Sequence record: DRR378314_1546
Reading direction: 5' to 3' (one strand)
Length of the DNA: 32,838 nucleotides
Shown in pieces: positions 16,190 to 26,215 of this stretch. Positions within the stretch are counted from its first letter, which is position 1. Every line of letters starts with the position of its first letter. A model generated the notes under the pieces. The model saw only the letters and a list, made by a program, of their open reading frames with translations. It searched no databases and had not been told where the DNA came from. A program made the position numbers and the translations under genes.

Positions 16190-17338
16190 ATGTTCGCGAA
16201 AATGCATTCCGATACGATGCTGAAGCTTAAGAAGTGGGGTTATCTGGCCTTCTGGGCGGCGGTGCTGCCGTTGCTGCCCATGAGCGCCTTCATCGGCCGC
16301 GAGTCCGGCACCCAGGACTATTGGGCCTGGTTCCTGTATTTCGTGGTGTTCGGCATCATTCCGGTGCTCGATTACATCATCGGCAAGGACCCGTCCAACC
16401 CGGATGAGCACCAGCAGGTGCCTTCCATGAGCCAGGAGCGCATCTACACCAGCGCGCTGTTCCTGATGGGCTTTATCTGGCTGGGCGTGCTGTTCTTCGC
16501 CGGCTGGGTGTTCGTGAACAACGACTACTCCCTGCTCGGCCAGCTCGGCTGGATTGTCTCCATTGGCACCGTGGGCGGCATCATCGCCATCAACCTGGGC
16601 CATGAGTTCGTGCACAAGGATCCCAAGCTGGAGAACTGGATGGGCGGCCTGCTGCTCTCCTCGGTGACCTACGCCGGCTTTAAGGTGGAGCACGTCCGTG
16701 GCCACCACGTGCATGTGTCCACGCCAGAAGACGCGTCCTCGTCCCAGTACAACCAGGGCCTGTACGAGTTCCTGCCGCGCGCCTTCAAGCACAACTTCCT
16801 GAACGCCTGGAAGCTGGAGAAGCAGTATCTGGAGCGCAAGGGTAAGAAGAACTTCAGCCGCCACAACGAGCTGATCTGGTGGTATTCGATCTCCGCGCTG
16901 TTCGCGGTGGCCTTCGGTCTGGCGTTCGGCTGGATGGGCGTGCTGTTCTTCCTGGCGCAGAGCTTCGTGGCCGCCTTTACCCTGGAAGTGATCAACTACA
17001 TCGAGCACTACGGCCTGCACCGCCGGGTCACCGACAAGGGCCGCTACGAGCGGGTGACCCCGGCGCACAGCTGGAACTCCAACTACTTGCTCACCAATCT
17101 GGCGCTGTTCCAGCTGCAGCGGCACAGCGACCACCACGCCTACGCCAAGCGCCGCTACCAGGTGCTGCGCCACTACGAAGAGAGCCCGCAGCTGCCGGGC
17201 GGTTACGCCGCCATGTACGTGCTGGCGCTGGTGCCGCCGCTGTGGAAGAAAGTGATGAACCCCCGTGTGGAAGCCTACTACGAGGGGGAAATGGACCAGC
17301 TGTTCCGTGGCGAACGACGGGTCAACAACATCGCCTGA
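16190..17338 (+). CDS. alkB2: Alkane 1-monooxygenase (AlkB2 type)
   Basis: His boxes HEFVHK, EHVRGHH, NYIEHYG, LQRHSDHHA; multiple TM helices. As recalled, sequence and divergent gntR context match Alcanivorax AlkB2. Confidence 0.95.
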   Translation: MFAKMHSDTMLKLKKWGYLAFWAAVLPLLPMSAFIGRESGTQDYWAWFLYFVVFGIIPVLDYIIGKDPSNPDEHQQVPSMSQERIYTSALFLMGFIWLGVLFFAGWVFVNNDYSLLGQLGWIVSIGTVGGIIAINLGHEFVHKDPKLENWMGGLLLSSVTYAGFKVEHVRGHHVHVSTPEDASSSQYNQGLYEFLPRAFKHNFLNAWKLEKQYLERKGKKNFSRHNELIWWYSISALFAVAFGLAFGWMGVLFFLAQSFVAAFTLEVINYIEHYGLHRRVTDKGRYERVTPAHSWNSNYLLTNLALFQLQRHSDHHAYAKRRYQVLRHYEESPQLPGGYAAMYVLALVPPLWKKVMNPRVEAYYEGEMDQLFRGERRVNNIA

Positions 17339-17371
17339 TTTTTGCTCGGGATGAGCGATTCGACCCCTTTT

Positions 17372-17399
17372 GCCCCGCTACCCCGCGGGGCTTTTTTTT
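17372..17399 (+). terminator. Rho-independent terminator of alkB
   Basis: GCCCCGC-TACCCC-GCGGGGC followed by T8. Confidence 0.9.
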
Positions 17400-17418
17400 G
17401 GGGCTCCCTTTAGCGCGT

Positions 17419-18219
17419 TCAGTCGCCGGTGAAGTCCGGCGCGCGCTTATCGATAAAGGCCTGCACCGCTTCCTGGTGGTCGGAGGTGGAGTGGGCCAGC
17501 GCCTGCATGGCGGCGGACATTTCCAGCAGGGCGTCCAGGCGCAGGGAGCGGCCGGCCCACAGCAGCCGCTTGGTCATGCGCACCGCCTGGGTGGGGTTCA
17601 CGGCGATGCGTTGCGCCAGGGCGCGGGCTTCGTCGAGAAGCTGGTCGTCCGGCACCACCCGGGACACCAGGCCGCAGGCCAGCGCTTGGTCCGCTTTGAC
17701 GCGGTCGCCGGTGAGCGCCATCTCCGCCGCCTTGGAAAAGCCCACCACCCGCTGCAGCAGCCAGGCGCCGCCGTCGCCGGGGATGATGCCCAGCTTCACG
17801 AAACTCTCCGCGAACCAGGCGCTTTCGCCGGCGATGCGCAGGTCGCACATGCAGGCCAGATCGCAGCCGGCGCCCACCGCCGGGCCGTTCACCGCCGCGA
17901 TCACCGGCACTTCCAGTTTCTCGAACGCCAGCGGAATGCGCTGGATGCCCTGCTTGTAGTTGAGCCGGGTCTTGGCCGGGCGGGCGTCGTTGAGGCCGCC
18001 GGCGGCGCCCATCTTCTTGACGTTGCCGCCGCTGGAGAAGGCGCTGCCGGCGCCGGTGAGGATCGCCACGCGGGCGTCCGGGTCGGTTTCCAGCCGCTCC
18101 AGGGCGGCCAGCAGCGCCTCGATCATGTCGTCGTCGGAGATCGGGTTGCGGGTCTCCGGGCTGTTGAGGGTGAGGGTGACGATGCCGTCGTCGCGCTGGT
18201 ACTGGATCAATTCGCTCAT
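17419..18219 (-). CDS. Enoyl-CoA hydratase/isomerase (crotonase) family protein
   Basis: AFSSGGNV, PVIAAVNGPAVGAGCDLACMCDLRIA, ESFVKLGIIPGDGGAWLL. Confidence 0.92.
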   Translation of the reverse strand: MSELIQYQRDDGIVTLTLNSPETRNPISDDDMIEALLAALERLETDPDARVAILTGAGSAFSSGGNVKKMGAAGGLNDARPAKTRLNYKQGIQRIPLAFEKLEVPVIAAVNGPAVGAGCDLACMCDLRIAGESAWFAESFVKLGIIPGDGGAWLLQRVVGFSKAAEMALTGDRVKADQALACGLVSRVVPDDQLLDEARALAQRIAVNPTQAVRMTKRLLWAGRSLRLDALLEMSAAMQALAHSTSDHQEAVQAFIDKRAPDFTGD

Positions 18220-18281
18220 GGGAACTCCATGCTAATGTTGGATGGGTAAATAATAACGACCCATCGGGAGAGCCTAATTCA

Positions 18282-19319
18282 ATGAGCCGCGATACGTCTG
18301 CCTCCTCCACCGGCCGGGTGATCCTGCCCGCCCCGGACCTCGACTGGCTGGCCCTGCACCAGGAGCCGATTCTGGAACCGGAGCGGGCCATCATCGACCC
18401 GCACCACCATCTTTGGGACGCGCCGCGCCCGCGCTACCTGCGCGATGACATCGAGCGCGACCTGGCCGCCGGCCACGACGTGCGCGCCACGGTGTTCGTG
18501 GAGTGTTCCGAAGGGTACTACAGCGATGGCGACGAGGCGCTGCGCCCGGTGGGCGAAACCGTATTCGCCGAGAGCGTGGCCGCCGCCACCGGCGGGCGGG
18601 TGTGCACCGGCATTGTCGGCTACACGGATCTGCGCCAGGGTGCGGCGGTGAAAGGCGTGCTGGAGGCCCACCTGGAAGCCGGCAAGGGGCGCTTCCGGGG
18701 CATCCGCCAGTCCAGCGTCTGGGACCCGGACCCCAACATCCGCACCACCCGGCGGGTGCTGCCGGCGGGCCTGCTGCTGGACCAGGATCTGCGACGCGGT
18801 TTCGCCGAGCTGGCGCCGCTGGGGCTGAGCTTTGATTGCTGGAACTACTTCCACCAGATCGACGACCTGACTGACCTGGCGCGGGCCTTTCCAGAAACCA
18901 ATATCGTGCTCGACCATGTCGGCGGCGTGCTGGGCGTGGGCGATTACGCCGGCCGGGGCGAGCAGGTGTTCAGTGCGTGGCGCCGCGCCATAGAGGCGCT
19001 GGCCGCCTGCCCCAATGTGTCGGTGAAGCTGGGCGGGCTGGGCATGCACAGCTGCGGCTTTGAGCTGGATCAGCGGCCCCGGCCGCCCTCTTCCCGGGAA
19101 CTGGCCGACCTGTGGCGGCCCTGGTTCCAGGTGTGCGTGGACGCCTTCGGCGTGGAGCGCGCCATGTTCGAGAGCAATTTCCCGGTGGACCAGCTGTCCT
19201 GTTCCTACGCGGTGCTGTGGAACGCCTTTAAACGGCTGGCCGGGGCGTGCTCCGAGGCGGAGAAGCAGGCGCTGTTTTACGACACCGCCAAGCGCGTCTA
19301 CCGGCTCGACGTGCCCTGA
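18282..19319 (+). CDS. Amidohydrolase_2 family protein (lactonase-like)
   Basis: IIDPHHHLWD, TVFVEC, GRFRGIRQ, IVLDHVG, VKLGGLG, AMFESNFPVD. Confidence 0.88.
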   Translation: MSRDTSASSTGRVILPAPDLDWLALHQEPILEPERAIIDPHHHLWDAPRPRYLRDDIERDLAAGHDVRATVFVECSEGYYSDGDEALRPVGETVFAESVAAATGGRVCTGIVGYTDLRQGAAVKGVLEAHLEAGKGRFRGIRQSSVWDPDPNIRTTRRVLPAGLLLDQDLRRGFAELAPLGLSFDCWNYFHQIDDLTDLARAFPETNIVLDHVGGVLGVGDYAGRGEQVFSAWRRAIEALAACPNVSVKLGGLGMHSCGFELDQRPRPPSSRELADLWRPWFQVCVDAFGVERAMFESNFPVDQLSCSYAVLWNAFKRLAGACSEAEKQALFYDTAKRVYRLDVP

Positions 19320-19320
19320 G

Positions 19321-20772
19321 CTACTGGCGCCAGAACAGCGGCGTGAACAGCACCAGGAAGGTGAAGATCTCCAGGCGGCCGAGCAGCATCAGCAGGGTCA
19401 TCATCCACTTGGCTTCGTCGGTGATGTTGGCGAAGCCGCCGCCCACCTGACCGATGCCCACGCCCAGGTTGTTGATCGACGCGGCCACCGCGCTCACCGC
19501 GGTGGTCAGGTCCATGCCGGTCGTGGTGAACAGCAGGGTGAAGATCACCGACAGGGTAATATACACGCCGACAAACCCCCACACCGCCTGCAGCACCCGA
19601 TCGTTGACCACATGCTTGCCAAAACGCAGCGCGAACACGCCGTTGGGGTAAATCAACCGGCGCAGTTCGCGGATGCTGTGGCGGAATACCAGAGCGGCGC
19701 GGACCACTTTCATGCCCGCCGCCGTGGAGCCGGCGCAGCCCCCGATAAAGCTGGTGAATACCAGCAAGAGCGGAATAAAACCCGGCCAGGCCGCGGCGTT
19801 GGTGCTGGTCAAGCCGGTGCCGGTGCCGAACGACGCCACCTGGAACGCCGCGTGGCGGGTGGCTTCCCCGGGGGCTTCATGAACGCCGAAAACCAGCAGG
19901 CCGCCGCCCACCATCAGCATGTAGAGGAGCATCAGGCCGAGAAAGAAACGGCATTCCGGGTCGCGCATGTAGGCGAGCAGGCTCTTGCCGCGCCACACCG
20001 CGAAATGCAGCGCGAAACTAATACCGCCGATCAGCATGAACACGGTGGCGATAATGTCGATGGGCGTGCTGTTCCAGTACGCCATGGACGCATCGTGGGT
20101 GGAGAAGCCGCCGGTGGAAACAGTGCTGAAACTGTGGCAAATGGCATCGAACACAGTCATGCCGGCCAGCCAGTAGGCCAGCGCGCAGGCGATGGTGATG
20201 GCCAGGTAGACGTACCACAGCGCCTTGGCGGTTTCGGCGATGCGCGGCGTCAGCTTGGACTCCTTCATCGGGCCGGGGATTTCCGCCTTGTACAGCTGCA
20301 TGCCACCAATGCCCAGCATCGGCAGGATCGCCACCGCCAGCACGATAACGCCCATGCCGCCCAGCCACTGCAGTTGCTGGCGGTAGAACAGCATTGATCT
20401 GGGCAGATCGTCCAGGCCCGAGAGCACCGTGGCACCGGTGGTGGTGAGGCCGGAAACGGATTCGAACACCGCATCGGTAAAGCCCACCGGCACCGCCTCG
20501 GAGATCAGCATCGGCAGCGCGCCGATCACCCCCAGCACCGACCAGAACAGGGTCACCACCAGGAAGCCGTCGCGCACCTGCAGCTCCGCGCGCTGGCGGA
20601 AGAACGGCAGCCACAGCGCCAGCCCCAGCAGCATGGAGATGGTGAACGACACCAGGAAGGGCCCTTCACTGCCGTCCCGGTACAGATAGGCCACCGCCAC
20701 CGGCGGCATCATGGTGAAGCTGAAGACCACCAGCAGCAGGCCCAGAATCTTCGAGATCAGCGCGAAGTGCAT
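19321..20772 (-). CDS. trkH: Trk potassium uptake membrane protein TrkH
   Basis: FESVSGLTTTGATV, QWLGGMGVIV, STGGFS, GGCAGST, INNLG, MLLGRLEIF. Confidence 0.96.
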   Translation of the reverse strand: MHFALISKILGLLLVVFSFTMMPPVAVAYLYRDGSEGPFLVSFTISMLLGLALWLPFFRQRAELQVRDGFLVVTLFWSVLGVIGALPMLISEAVPVGFTDAVFESVSGLTTTGATVLSGLDDLPRSMLFYRQQLQWLGGMGVIVLAVAILPMLGIGGMQLYKAEIPGPMKESKLTPRIAETAKALWYVYLAITIACALAYWLAGMTVFDAICHSFSTVSTGGFSTHDASMAYWNSTPIDIIATVFMLIGGISFALHFAVWRGKSLLAYMRDPECRFFLGLMLLYMLMVGGGLLVFGVHEAPGEATRHAAFQVASFGTGTGLTSTNAAAWPGFIPLLLVFTSFIGGCAGSTAAGMKVVRAALVFRHSIRELRRLIYPNGVFALRFGKHVVNDRVLQAVWGFVGVYITLSVIFTLLFTTTGMDLTTAVSAVAASINNLGVGIGQVGGGFANITDEAKWMMTLLMLLGRLEIFTFLVLFTPLFWRQ

Positions 20773-20784
20773 GGGCAGGGTCCC

Positions 20785-22161
20785 CTAGAAGAACGTGAAA
20801 CCAACTTGGAACAGTTTTTCCACGTCCCGAATGCGGCGTTTGTCGATCAGGAACAGAATCACGTGGTCGTCCGGCTCGATGACGATATCGTCATGGGCGA
20901 TCAGCACCTTCTCGCCGCGCACCACGGCGCCGATGGTGGTGCCCTCCGGCAGATCGATGTCCTCAATGGCGCGGCCCACCACCTTGGAGGACTTGGCGTC
21001 GCCGTGGGCGATCGCCTCGATGGCCTCGGCGGCGCCCCGGCGCAGGGAGTAGACGTTGACCACGTCGCCGCGCCGCACATGGGTGAGCAGGCTGCCGATG
21101 GTGGACTGCTGTGGCGAGATGGCGATGTCGATGTCGTGGCCCTGCACCAGATCCACATAGGCCGGGTTGGCGATCAGCGTCATCACCTTGCGTGCGCCGA
21201 GGCGCTTGGCCAGCAGCGAGGCCATGATGTTGGCTTCGTCGTCGTTGGTCAGGGCGCAGAACACGTCGGTGTTCTCGATGTTGGCCTTGAGCAGTTCGTC
21301 GCGGTCGGTGGCCAGGCCCTGCAGCACCACGGTGTGGCCCAGCCGCTCGCCAAGCCATTCGGCCCGCTGCGGGGAGCGCTCGATGATTTTCACGTTGTAG
21401 CGGTGCTGGATGCTCTTCGCCAGCCGGTAGCCGATGTTGCCGCCGCCGGCGATCAGCACCCGCTTGTAGTTGTGCTCCAGGCGGCGCAGCTCGCTCATCA
21501 CCGCGCGGATGTCGTTCTTGGCGGCGATGAAGAACACTTCGTCATCGGCTTCGATGACGGTGTTGCCCTCGGGAATGATCGGCCGGTTGCGCCGGAAGAT
21601 CGCCGCCACCCGGGTGTCCACGTTGGGCATGTGCTTGCGCAGCTCGCGCAGTTCGTTGCCCACCAGCGGGCCGCCGTAATAGGCGCGCACCGCCACCAGC
21701 TGCACGCGGCCGGTGGCGAAGTTGACCACCTGCAGGGCGCCGGGGTGCTCGATCAGCCGCTTGATGTAGTCGGTGACCACCTGCTCCGGGCTGATGATCA
21801 CGTCGATGGGAATGGCGTTTTCGTTGAACAGCTTGTCCGCGCGGCTGGTGTAGTGGGCGGTGCGGATACGGGCGATCTTGGTGGGGGTGCGAAACAGCGT
21901 GTAGGCCACCTGGCAGGCGACCATGTTGACCTCGTCGGAGTTGGTGACGGCGATCAGCATGTCGGCGTCTTCGGCGCCGGCTTCCTTGAGCACCCAGGGA
22001 TAGCAGCCCATGCCGAGCACGGTGCCAATGTCCAGACGGTCCCCCAGTTCCCGCAAGCGTTCGCCGTCGATGTCGATGACGGTGATGTCGTTGCGTTCCC
22101 CCGCCAGGTTCTCCGCCAGGGTGCCGCCCACCTGGCCGGCACCGAGAATGATGATCTTCAT
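20785..22161 (-). CDS. trkA: Trk system NAD-binding protein TrkA
   Basis: [12 protein letters not shown] and [11 protein letters not shown] domains; 458 aa. Confidence 0.97.
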   Translation of the reverse strand: MKIIILGAGQVGGTLAENLAGERNDITVIDIDGERLRELGDRLDIGTVLGMGCYPWVLKEAGAEDADMLIAVTNSDEVNMVACQVAYTLFRTPTKIARIRTAHYTSRADKLFNENAIPIDVIISPEQVVTDYIKRLIEHPGALQVVNFATGRVQLVAVRAYYGGPLVGNELRELRKHMPNVDTRVAAIFRRNRPIIPEGNTVIEADDEVFFIAAKNDIRAVMSELRRLEHNYKRVLIAGGGNIGYRLAKSIQHRYNVKIIERSPQRAEWLGERLGHTVVLQGLATDRDELLKANIENTDVFCALTNDDEANIMASLLAKRLGARKVMTLIANPAYVDLVQGHDIDIAISPQQSTIGSLLTHVRRGDVVNVYSLRRGAAEAIEAIAHGDAKSSKVVGRAIEDIDLPEGTTIGAVVRGEKVLIAHDDIVIEPDDHVILFLIDKRRIRDVEKLFQVGFTFF

Positions 22162-23492
22162 GATCGCTGGTCGGTCACCTTGTTGTCGTCGGCCGCCCCG
22201 CGTTTATGCAGGCAGGCCAGATAAAAGCCGTCGGGCCCGTTATCCCGTGTCAGCAGTTGCCATCCCGCCGCCACCGGGGCGGCGTCGGCCGGCTGCTCGG
22301 TGCGGTCCTCGGCGTCGTCGGTGCGCGCCAGGAAGTCCGCGATCTGGCGGTCGTTCTCATCGCGCAGCACCGAGCAGGTGGCGTACACCAGCCGGCCGCC
22401 GGGGCGCAGAAGCGGCCATAGTGCATCCAGCATGCGCGCTTGTAAATCCACCAAGGGTGGCAGGTCGGTGCGCCGGCGGTGCCATTTCACGTCCGGCTGG
22501 CGGCGCAGAATACCGCTGGCGGAACAGGGCGCGTCGAGCAGGATGGCGTCGAAGGGTTCGCCGTCCCACCAGGCGGCCGGCTCGGCGGCGTCGCCCTGTA
22601 ACAGCTCCGCTTCCGCGCCGATGCGGCGCAGGGCGTCGCGCACCCGGTCCAGACGGCGCGCGGACAGGTCCAGGGCGGTGACCCGGGCGTTGGGAAACGC
22701 TTCCAGAATCTGGCCGGTCTTGCCGCCGGGGGCGGCGCAGGCGTCCAGCACCCGGCCGCCGTCCGGCGCCGCCAGCTGTTCCACCGGCAGCTGGGCGGCC
22801 TCGTCCTGCACCGAGAAGCCGCCGCTGTCGAAACCGGGCAGCTGCGACACCGGGCGCGGCGGCGACAGGTAGAGGCTCCACGGCGACAGATCGCCGGGCC
22901 GGGCGCCGTCGCCGAGCGCGGCCAGGGCCTGTTCGCGGCTCTGCTGGCGGCGGTTCACGCGCAGGGTGAACGGCGGCGGCGCCAGGGCCGCCCGGGCCAG
23001 GTCGTCGGCCTGTTCCGGCCAGTCCTGCTGGAACGACCGCCACAGCCAGCCGGGCAGTGAATAGCGCACCGCCGGGTCGTAGTCGGCGAACACCCGCGCC
23101 GGGTCCAGGCCGTCGGCCTTGCGCAGCAGGGCGTTGATCAGGCCGCTGGCCCAGCCCGCTTTCAACTGGCGGCAGAGCTCCGGGTAGGCGTTCACCACCG
23201 CGTGGGCCGGGCGCTCCGTGAACCACAGTTCATAGAGGCCGCACAGCACCGCCAGGCGCACCGCCTGGGCCTTGGGCTTGAGGGGCTTGTCGAGCTGGCC
23301 GTTGAGCCACTGATTGAGCGGCCGCAGGTGGCGGCAGACGCCGAAGCAGAGGTCGCGCATCAGGCCGCCGGCGGCGCCGTCGGGCACGCCCCGGGCAAGC
23401 ACTTCGCGGAGGCTGGCGCCGTCCCCCTCGCCGGGCAGTACCCGCTCCAGGGCGCGCACCGCCGCCAGCCGGGGATCCGGCGCCTTACTCAA
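22158..23492 (-). CDS. rsmB: 16S rRNA m5C967 methyltransferase RsmB
   Basis: [43 protein letters not shown] start overlapping the fmt stop. Confidence 0.95.
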   Translation of the reverse strand: MSKAPDPRLAAVRALERVLPGEGDGASLREVLARGVPDGAAGGLMRDLCFGVCRHLRPLNQWLNGQLDKPLKPKAQAVRLAVLCGLYELWFTERPAHAVVNAYPELCRQLKAGWASGLINALLRKADGLDPARVFADYDPAVRYSLPGWLWRSFQQDWPEQADDLARAALAPPPFTLRVNRRQQSREQALAALGDGARPGDLSPWSLYLSPPRPVSQLPGFDSGGFSVQDEAAQLPVEQLAAPDGGRVLDACAAPGGKTGQILEAFPNARVTALDLSARRLDRVRDALRRIGAEAELLQGDAAEPAAWWDGEPFDAILLDAPCSASGILRRQPDVKWHRRRTDLPPLVDLQARMLDALWPLLRPGGRLVYATCSVLRDENDRQIADFLARTDDAEDRTEQPADAAPVAAGWQLLTRDNGPDGFYLACLHKRGAADDNKVTDQRS

Positions 23493-24429
23493 GGGTGGCC
23501 CCCGGCTGGAACAGCTCCGGGTGGCCGCGTCGTACCTCGGCCACGGTCATGGGGCGTTTGCCGGGCAGCTGTACCCGACTCAAGAGAACGGCGCCGTCGC
23601 CGCAGGCCACGGTCAGGCCATCGTCGCTGACGGTGACGATGCGGCCGGGTTCCGGTTCGCCGGTGTCCGGCACTTCCTCGGCGTCCCAGATCCGCAGGGG
23701 CTGGCCGTCGAAGTCCACCCAGGCCACCGGCCAGGGATTGAAGGCGCGCACCCGGTTGACCAGGGCGGCGCCGGGCAGGCGGAAGTCCAGCCGGGCGCCG
23801 GCCTTGGTCAGTTTGGCGGCGTAGGTGACGCCGTCCTCCGGCTGCGGCCGGGCCTTTTCCAGGTAGCCGGGCAGATCCTCGAGCACGGTGCTCAGGAGGC
23901 GGGCGCCCTGCTCGGCCAGGCGGTCGTGCAGCTCGCCACCGGTCTCGCGGGCGCCGATGGTCAGCGACTCGCTGAGCAGCATCGGGCCGGTGTCCAGGCC
24001 GGCGTCCATCTGCATGATGGTGGTGCCGGTTTCCCGGTCGCCGGCCTGAATCGCCCACTGGATCGGGGCGGCGCCGCGCCAGCGCGGCAGCAGCGAGCCG
24101 TGCACGTTGACGCAGCCGAGCCGGGGCAGGGCCAGCACCGCGCGGGGGATGATCAGGCCGTAGGCCACCACGATCAGCGCGTCCAGCGCCAGATCGCGCA
24201 GCTGGTTCTGAATCTCGTCGGTTTTGAGGGTGTCCGGCTGCAGCACCGGCAGGTCGTGTGCCAGGGCCAGTTTTTTCACCGGCCCGGGCTGCACTTTCTT
24301 ACCGCGGCCGGCGCCGCGATCCGGCTGGGTGAGCACCGCGGCAACGGTGTGCGGGCCGTCGAGCAGCGCTTGCAGGCTGACGGCGGCGAAATCCGGGGTG
24401 CCGGCGAAGGCAAGGCGAAGCGGTTTCAA
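23485..24429 (-). CDS. fmt: Methionyl-tRNA formyltransferase
   Basis: FAGTPDFA, TQPDR, VVAYGLI, NVHGSLLPRWRGAAPIQ, MDAGLDTG; TTG start. Confidence 0.96.
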   Translation of the reverse strand: MKPLRLAFAGTPDFAAVSLQALLDGPHTVAAVLTQPDRGAGRGKKVQPGPVKKLALAHDLPVLQPDTLKTDEIQNQLRDLALDALIVVAYGLIIPRAVLALPRLGCVNVHGSLLPRWRGAAPIQWAIQAGDRETGTTIMQMDAGLDTGPMLLSESLTIGARETGGELHDRLAEQGARLLSTVLEDLPGYLEKARPQPEDGVTYAAKLTKAGARLDFRLPGAALVNRVRAFNPWPVAWVDFDGQPLRIWDAEEVPDTGEPEPGRIVTVSDDGLTVACGDGAVLLSRVQLPGKRPMTVAEVRRGHPELFQPGATLE

Positions 24430-24437
24430 ATCAGTTC

Positions 24438-24944
24438 TCAGGCCTGTTGGCGGTGTACTTTCTGAAGCTTCTTCTTGATCCGATCACGCTTCAGGCGGGA
24501 CACATAGTCGACAAAGAGCTTGCCGTTGAGGTGGTCGATCTCATGCTGAATGCAGGTGGCCAGCAGCCCGTCGGTCTCGATCTCGAACGGCTCGCCGTTG
24601 CGGTCCAGGGCGTTGATGCGCACCCGCGAGGGGCGCTCCACCTTCTCGTAGAAGCCGGGCACCGACAGACAGCCCTCTTCATAGGGGGCCAGATCCTCGG
24701 TGAGGGGCGTGATCTCCGGGTTGATGAACACCTGCGGCTGGTCACGGGTCTCCGACACGTCGATCACCAGAACCCGCTTGTGCACGTTCACCTGGGACGC
24801 CGCCAGCCCGATTCCCGACGCCTCGTACATGGTTTCAATCATGTCGTCGATCAGTTTGCGAAGCGCGTCATCCACCGTCTCGACCGGTTTTGCTACCGTG
24901 CGAAGGCGTGGGTCTGGGAATTCGAGTATCTCAAGCTTGGCCAT
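24438..24944 (-). CDS. def: Peptide deformylase
   Basis: [25 protein letters not shown]. Confidence 0.97.
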   Translation of the reverse strand: MAKLEILEFPDPRLRTVAKPVETVDDALRKLIDDMIETMYEASGIGLAASQVNVHKRVLVIDVSETRDQPQVFINPEITPLTEDLAPYEEGCLSVPGFYEKVERPSRVRINALDRNGEPFEIETDGLLATCIQHEIDHLNGKLFVDYVSRLKRDRIKKKLQKVHRQQA

Positions 24945-25096
24945 GGGGCTCCTGAGTTTTCAAACACTTGGGAAGGTGCTTTAAAGTCGGTTGCTAAATA
25001 TATGATAGCGTTGCTAATATCCAAAAACGACTGTGCTCGATCCGGGGGTGTGTTCGCCGTTCCGCGGACACCAATAATGATAAAAGGAATCCGCTG

Positions 25097-26170
25097 ATGA
25101 TGAAATCGCTGCAGCGAATCCTGTACGTGGGGTTGCTGGTGGTGACGTCCGCCGTCATGGCCGACACCATCGCGCTACGAGACGACCATCCTAATGTGTA
25201 TTACGTCAAAAAGGGCGACACCCTTTGGGACATCAGCGGTCGTTTTCTCGAGAACCCCTGGCAGTGGCCGGAACTCTGGCACGACAACCCGGATATCGAC
25301 AACCCGCATTTGATCTATCCCGGCGATGAAATCCGCCTATTCTGGCAGGATGGCGAGCCGCGCCTGGCGGTTAACCGGGATAACGTGAAGCGCACCAAAC
25401 TCTCCGACGGCACCGTCAAGCTGACCCCCCGCGTCCGCGAAGTGGACCGCGACAGCGCCATCCCCGCGATTCCCATGAGCGCCATCCAGAGCTACCTGAA
25501 GGACGCCCTGGTGATGGACCGCGACGAGATTCTCGCCGCCCCCTACCTGATCGGCGGACAGGACCGCCGGGTGGTGTTCGGCATGGGCGACACCGTCTAC
25601 GCCCGGGATCCGGAAGACCGCTTCGCCGACCTGCAGCGCCGCTACGGCATCTACCGGGTGGGCGAGGAATACGTGGACCCGCAGACCCAGGAAGTGCTCG
25701 GCTACGAAGCCCGCCGCATCGGCCTGGCCAGCGTCCGCGATCAGGAAGAGGACATGACCACCCTGGAAGTGATCCGCTCCTCCGAGGACGTGCGCGTGGA
25801 CGACCGCCTGTTCCAGCAGCCGGACCGGGAAGTGCGCGCGGTGCTTTACCCCCATGCCCCCGACGAGAAAATCACCGGCAACATCATTCGTTTCTTCGAC
25901 CGCATCAACAGCGTGGCGCGCAACGACGTGGTGGTGATCAACAAGGGCGAGCGCGAGGGCATGGAACCCGGCCATGTGCTGGAAATCTTCCAGCAGGGCG
26001 AGCTGGTGCGCGACCGCCAGCAGGATGAAATGGTGCGTCTGCCGCGCACCAAGGCCGGCACCCTGGTGCTGTTCCGGGTCCATGAAAAGGTCAGCTACGG
26101 CCTGATCATGGAGTCCACCCGGCCGATCTACATGCAGGACATCGTGGAGAGCCCGGAAGGCAGCTACTGA
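25097..26170 (+). CDS. LysM peptidoglycan-binding protein, TsaP-like (T4P secretin-associated)
   Basis: Signal peptide; YYVKKGDTLWDISGRFLENPWQWPELWHDNPDIDNPHLIYPGD LysM; lies between def and dprA, the position of tsaP in Pseudomonas. Confidence 0.88.
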   Translation: MMKSLQRILYVGLLVVTSAVMADTIALRDDHPNVYYVKKGDTLWDISGRFLENPWQWPELWHDNPDIDNPHLIYPGDEIRLFWQDGEPRLAVNRDNVKRTKLSDGTVKLTPRVREVDRDSAIPAIPMSAIQSYLKDALVMDRDEILAAPYLIGGQDRRVVFGMGDTVYARDPEDRFADLQRRYGIYRVGEEYVDPQTQEVLGYEARRIGLASVRDQEEDMTTLEVIRSSEDVRVDDRLFQQPDREVRAVLYPHAPDEKITGNIIRFFDRINSVARNDVVVINKGEREGMEPGHVLEIFQQGELVRDRQQDEMVRLPRTKAGTLVLFRVHEKVSYGLIMESTRPIYMQDIVESPEGSY

Positions 26171-26196
26171 TTCGATTCTGAAAACCGTCTAGCACG

Positions 26197-26214
26197 GCGC
26201 ACAGGGAGGTGCGC
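26197..26214 (+). promoter_or_regulatory. CsrA/RsmA-type hairpin overlapping the dprA Shine-Dalgarno sequence
   Basis: GCGCAC-AGGGAG-GTGCGC: 6-bp stem with an ANGGAN hexaloop, separated from the ATG by 1 nt. Confidence 0.6.
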
Positions 26215-26215
26215 G

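Noticed and set aside
24980-25020. Sigma54 promoter suggested by the TTGC motifs
   Set aside because: No GG at the required -24 position for either TTGC.
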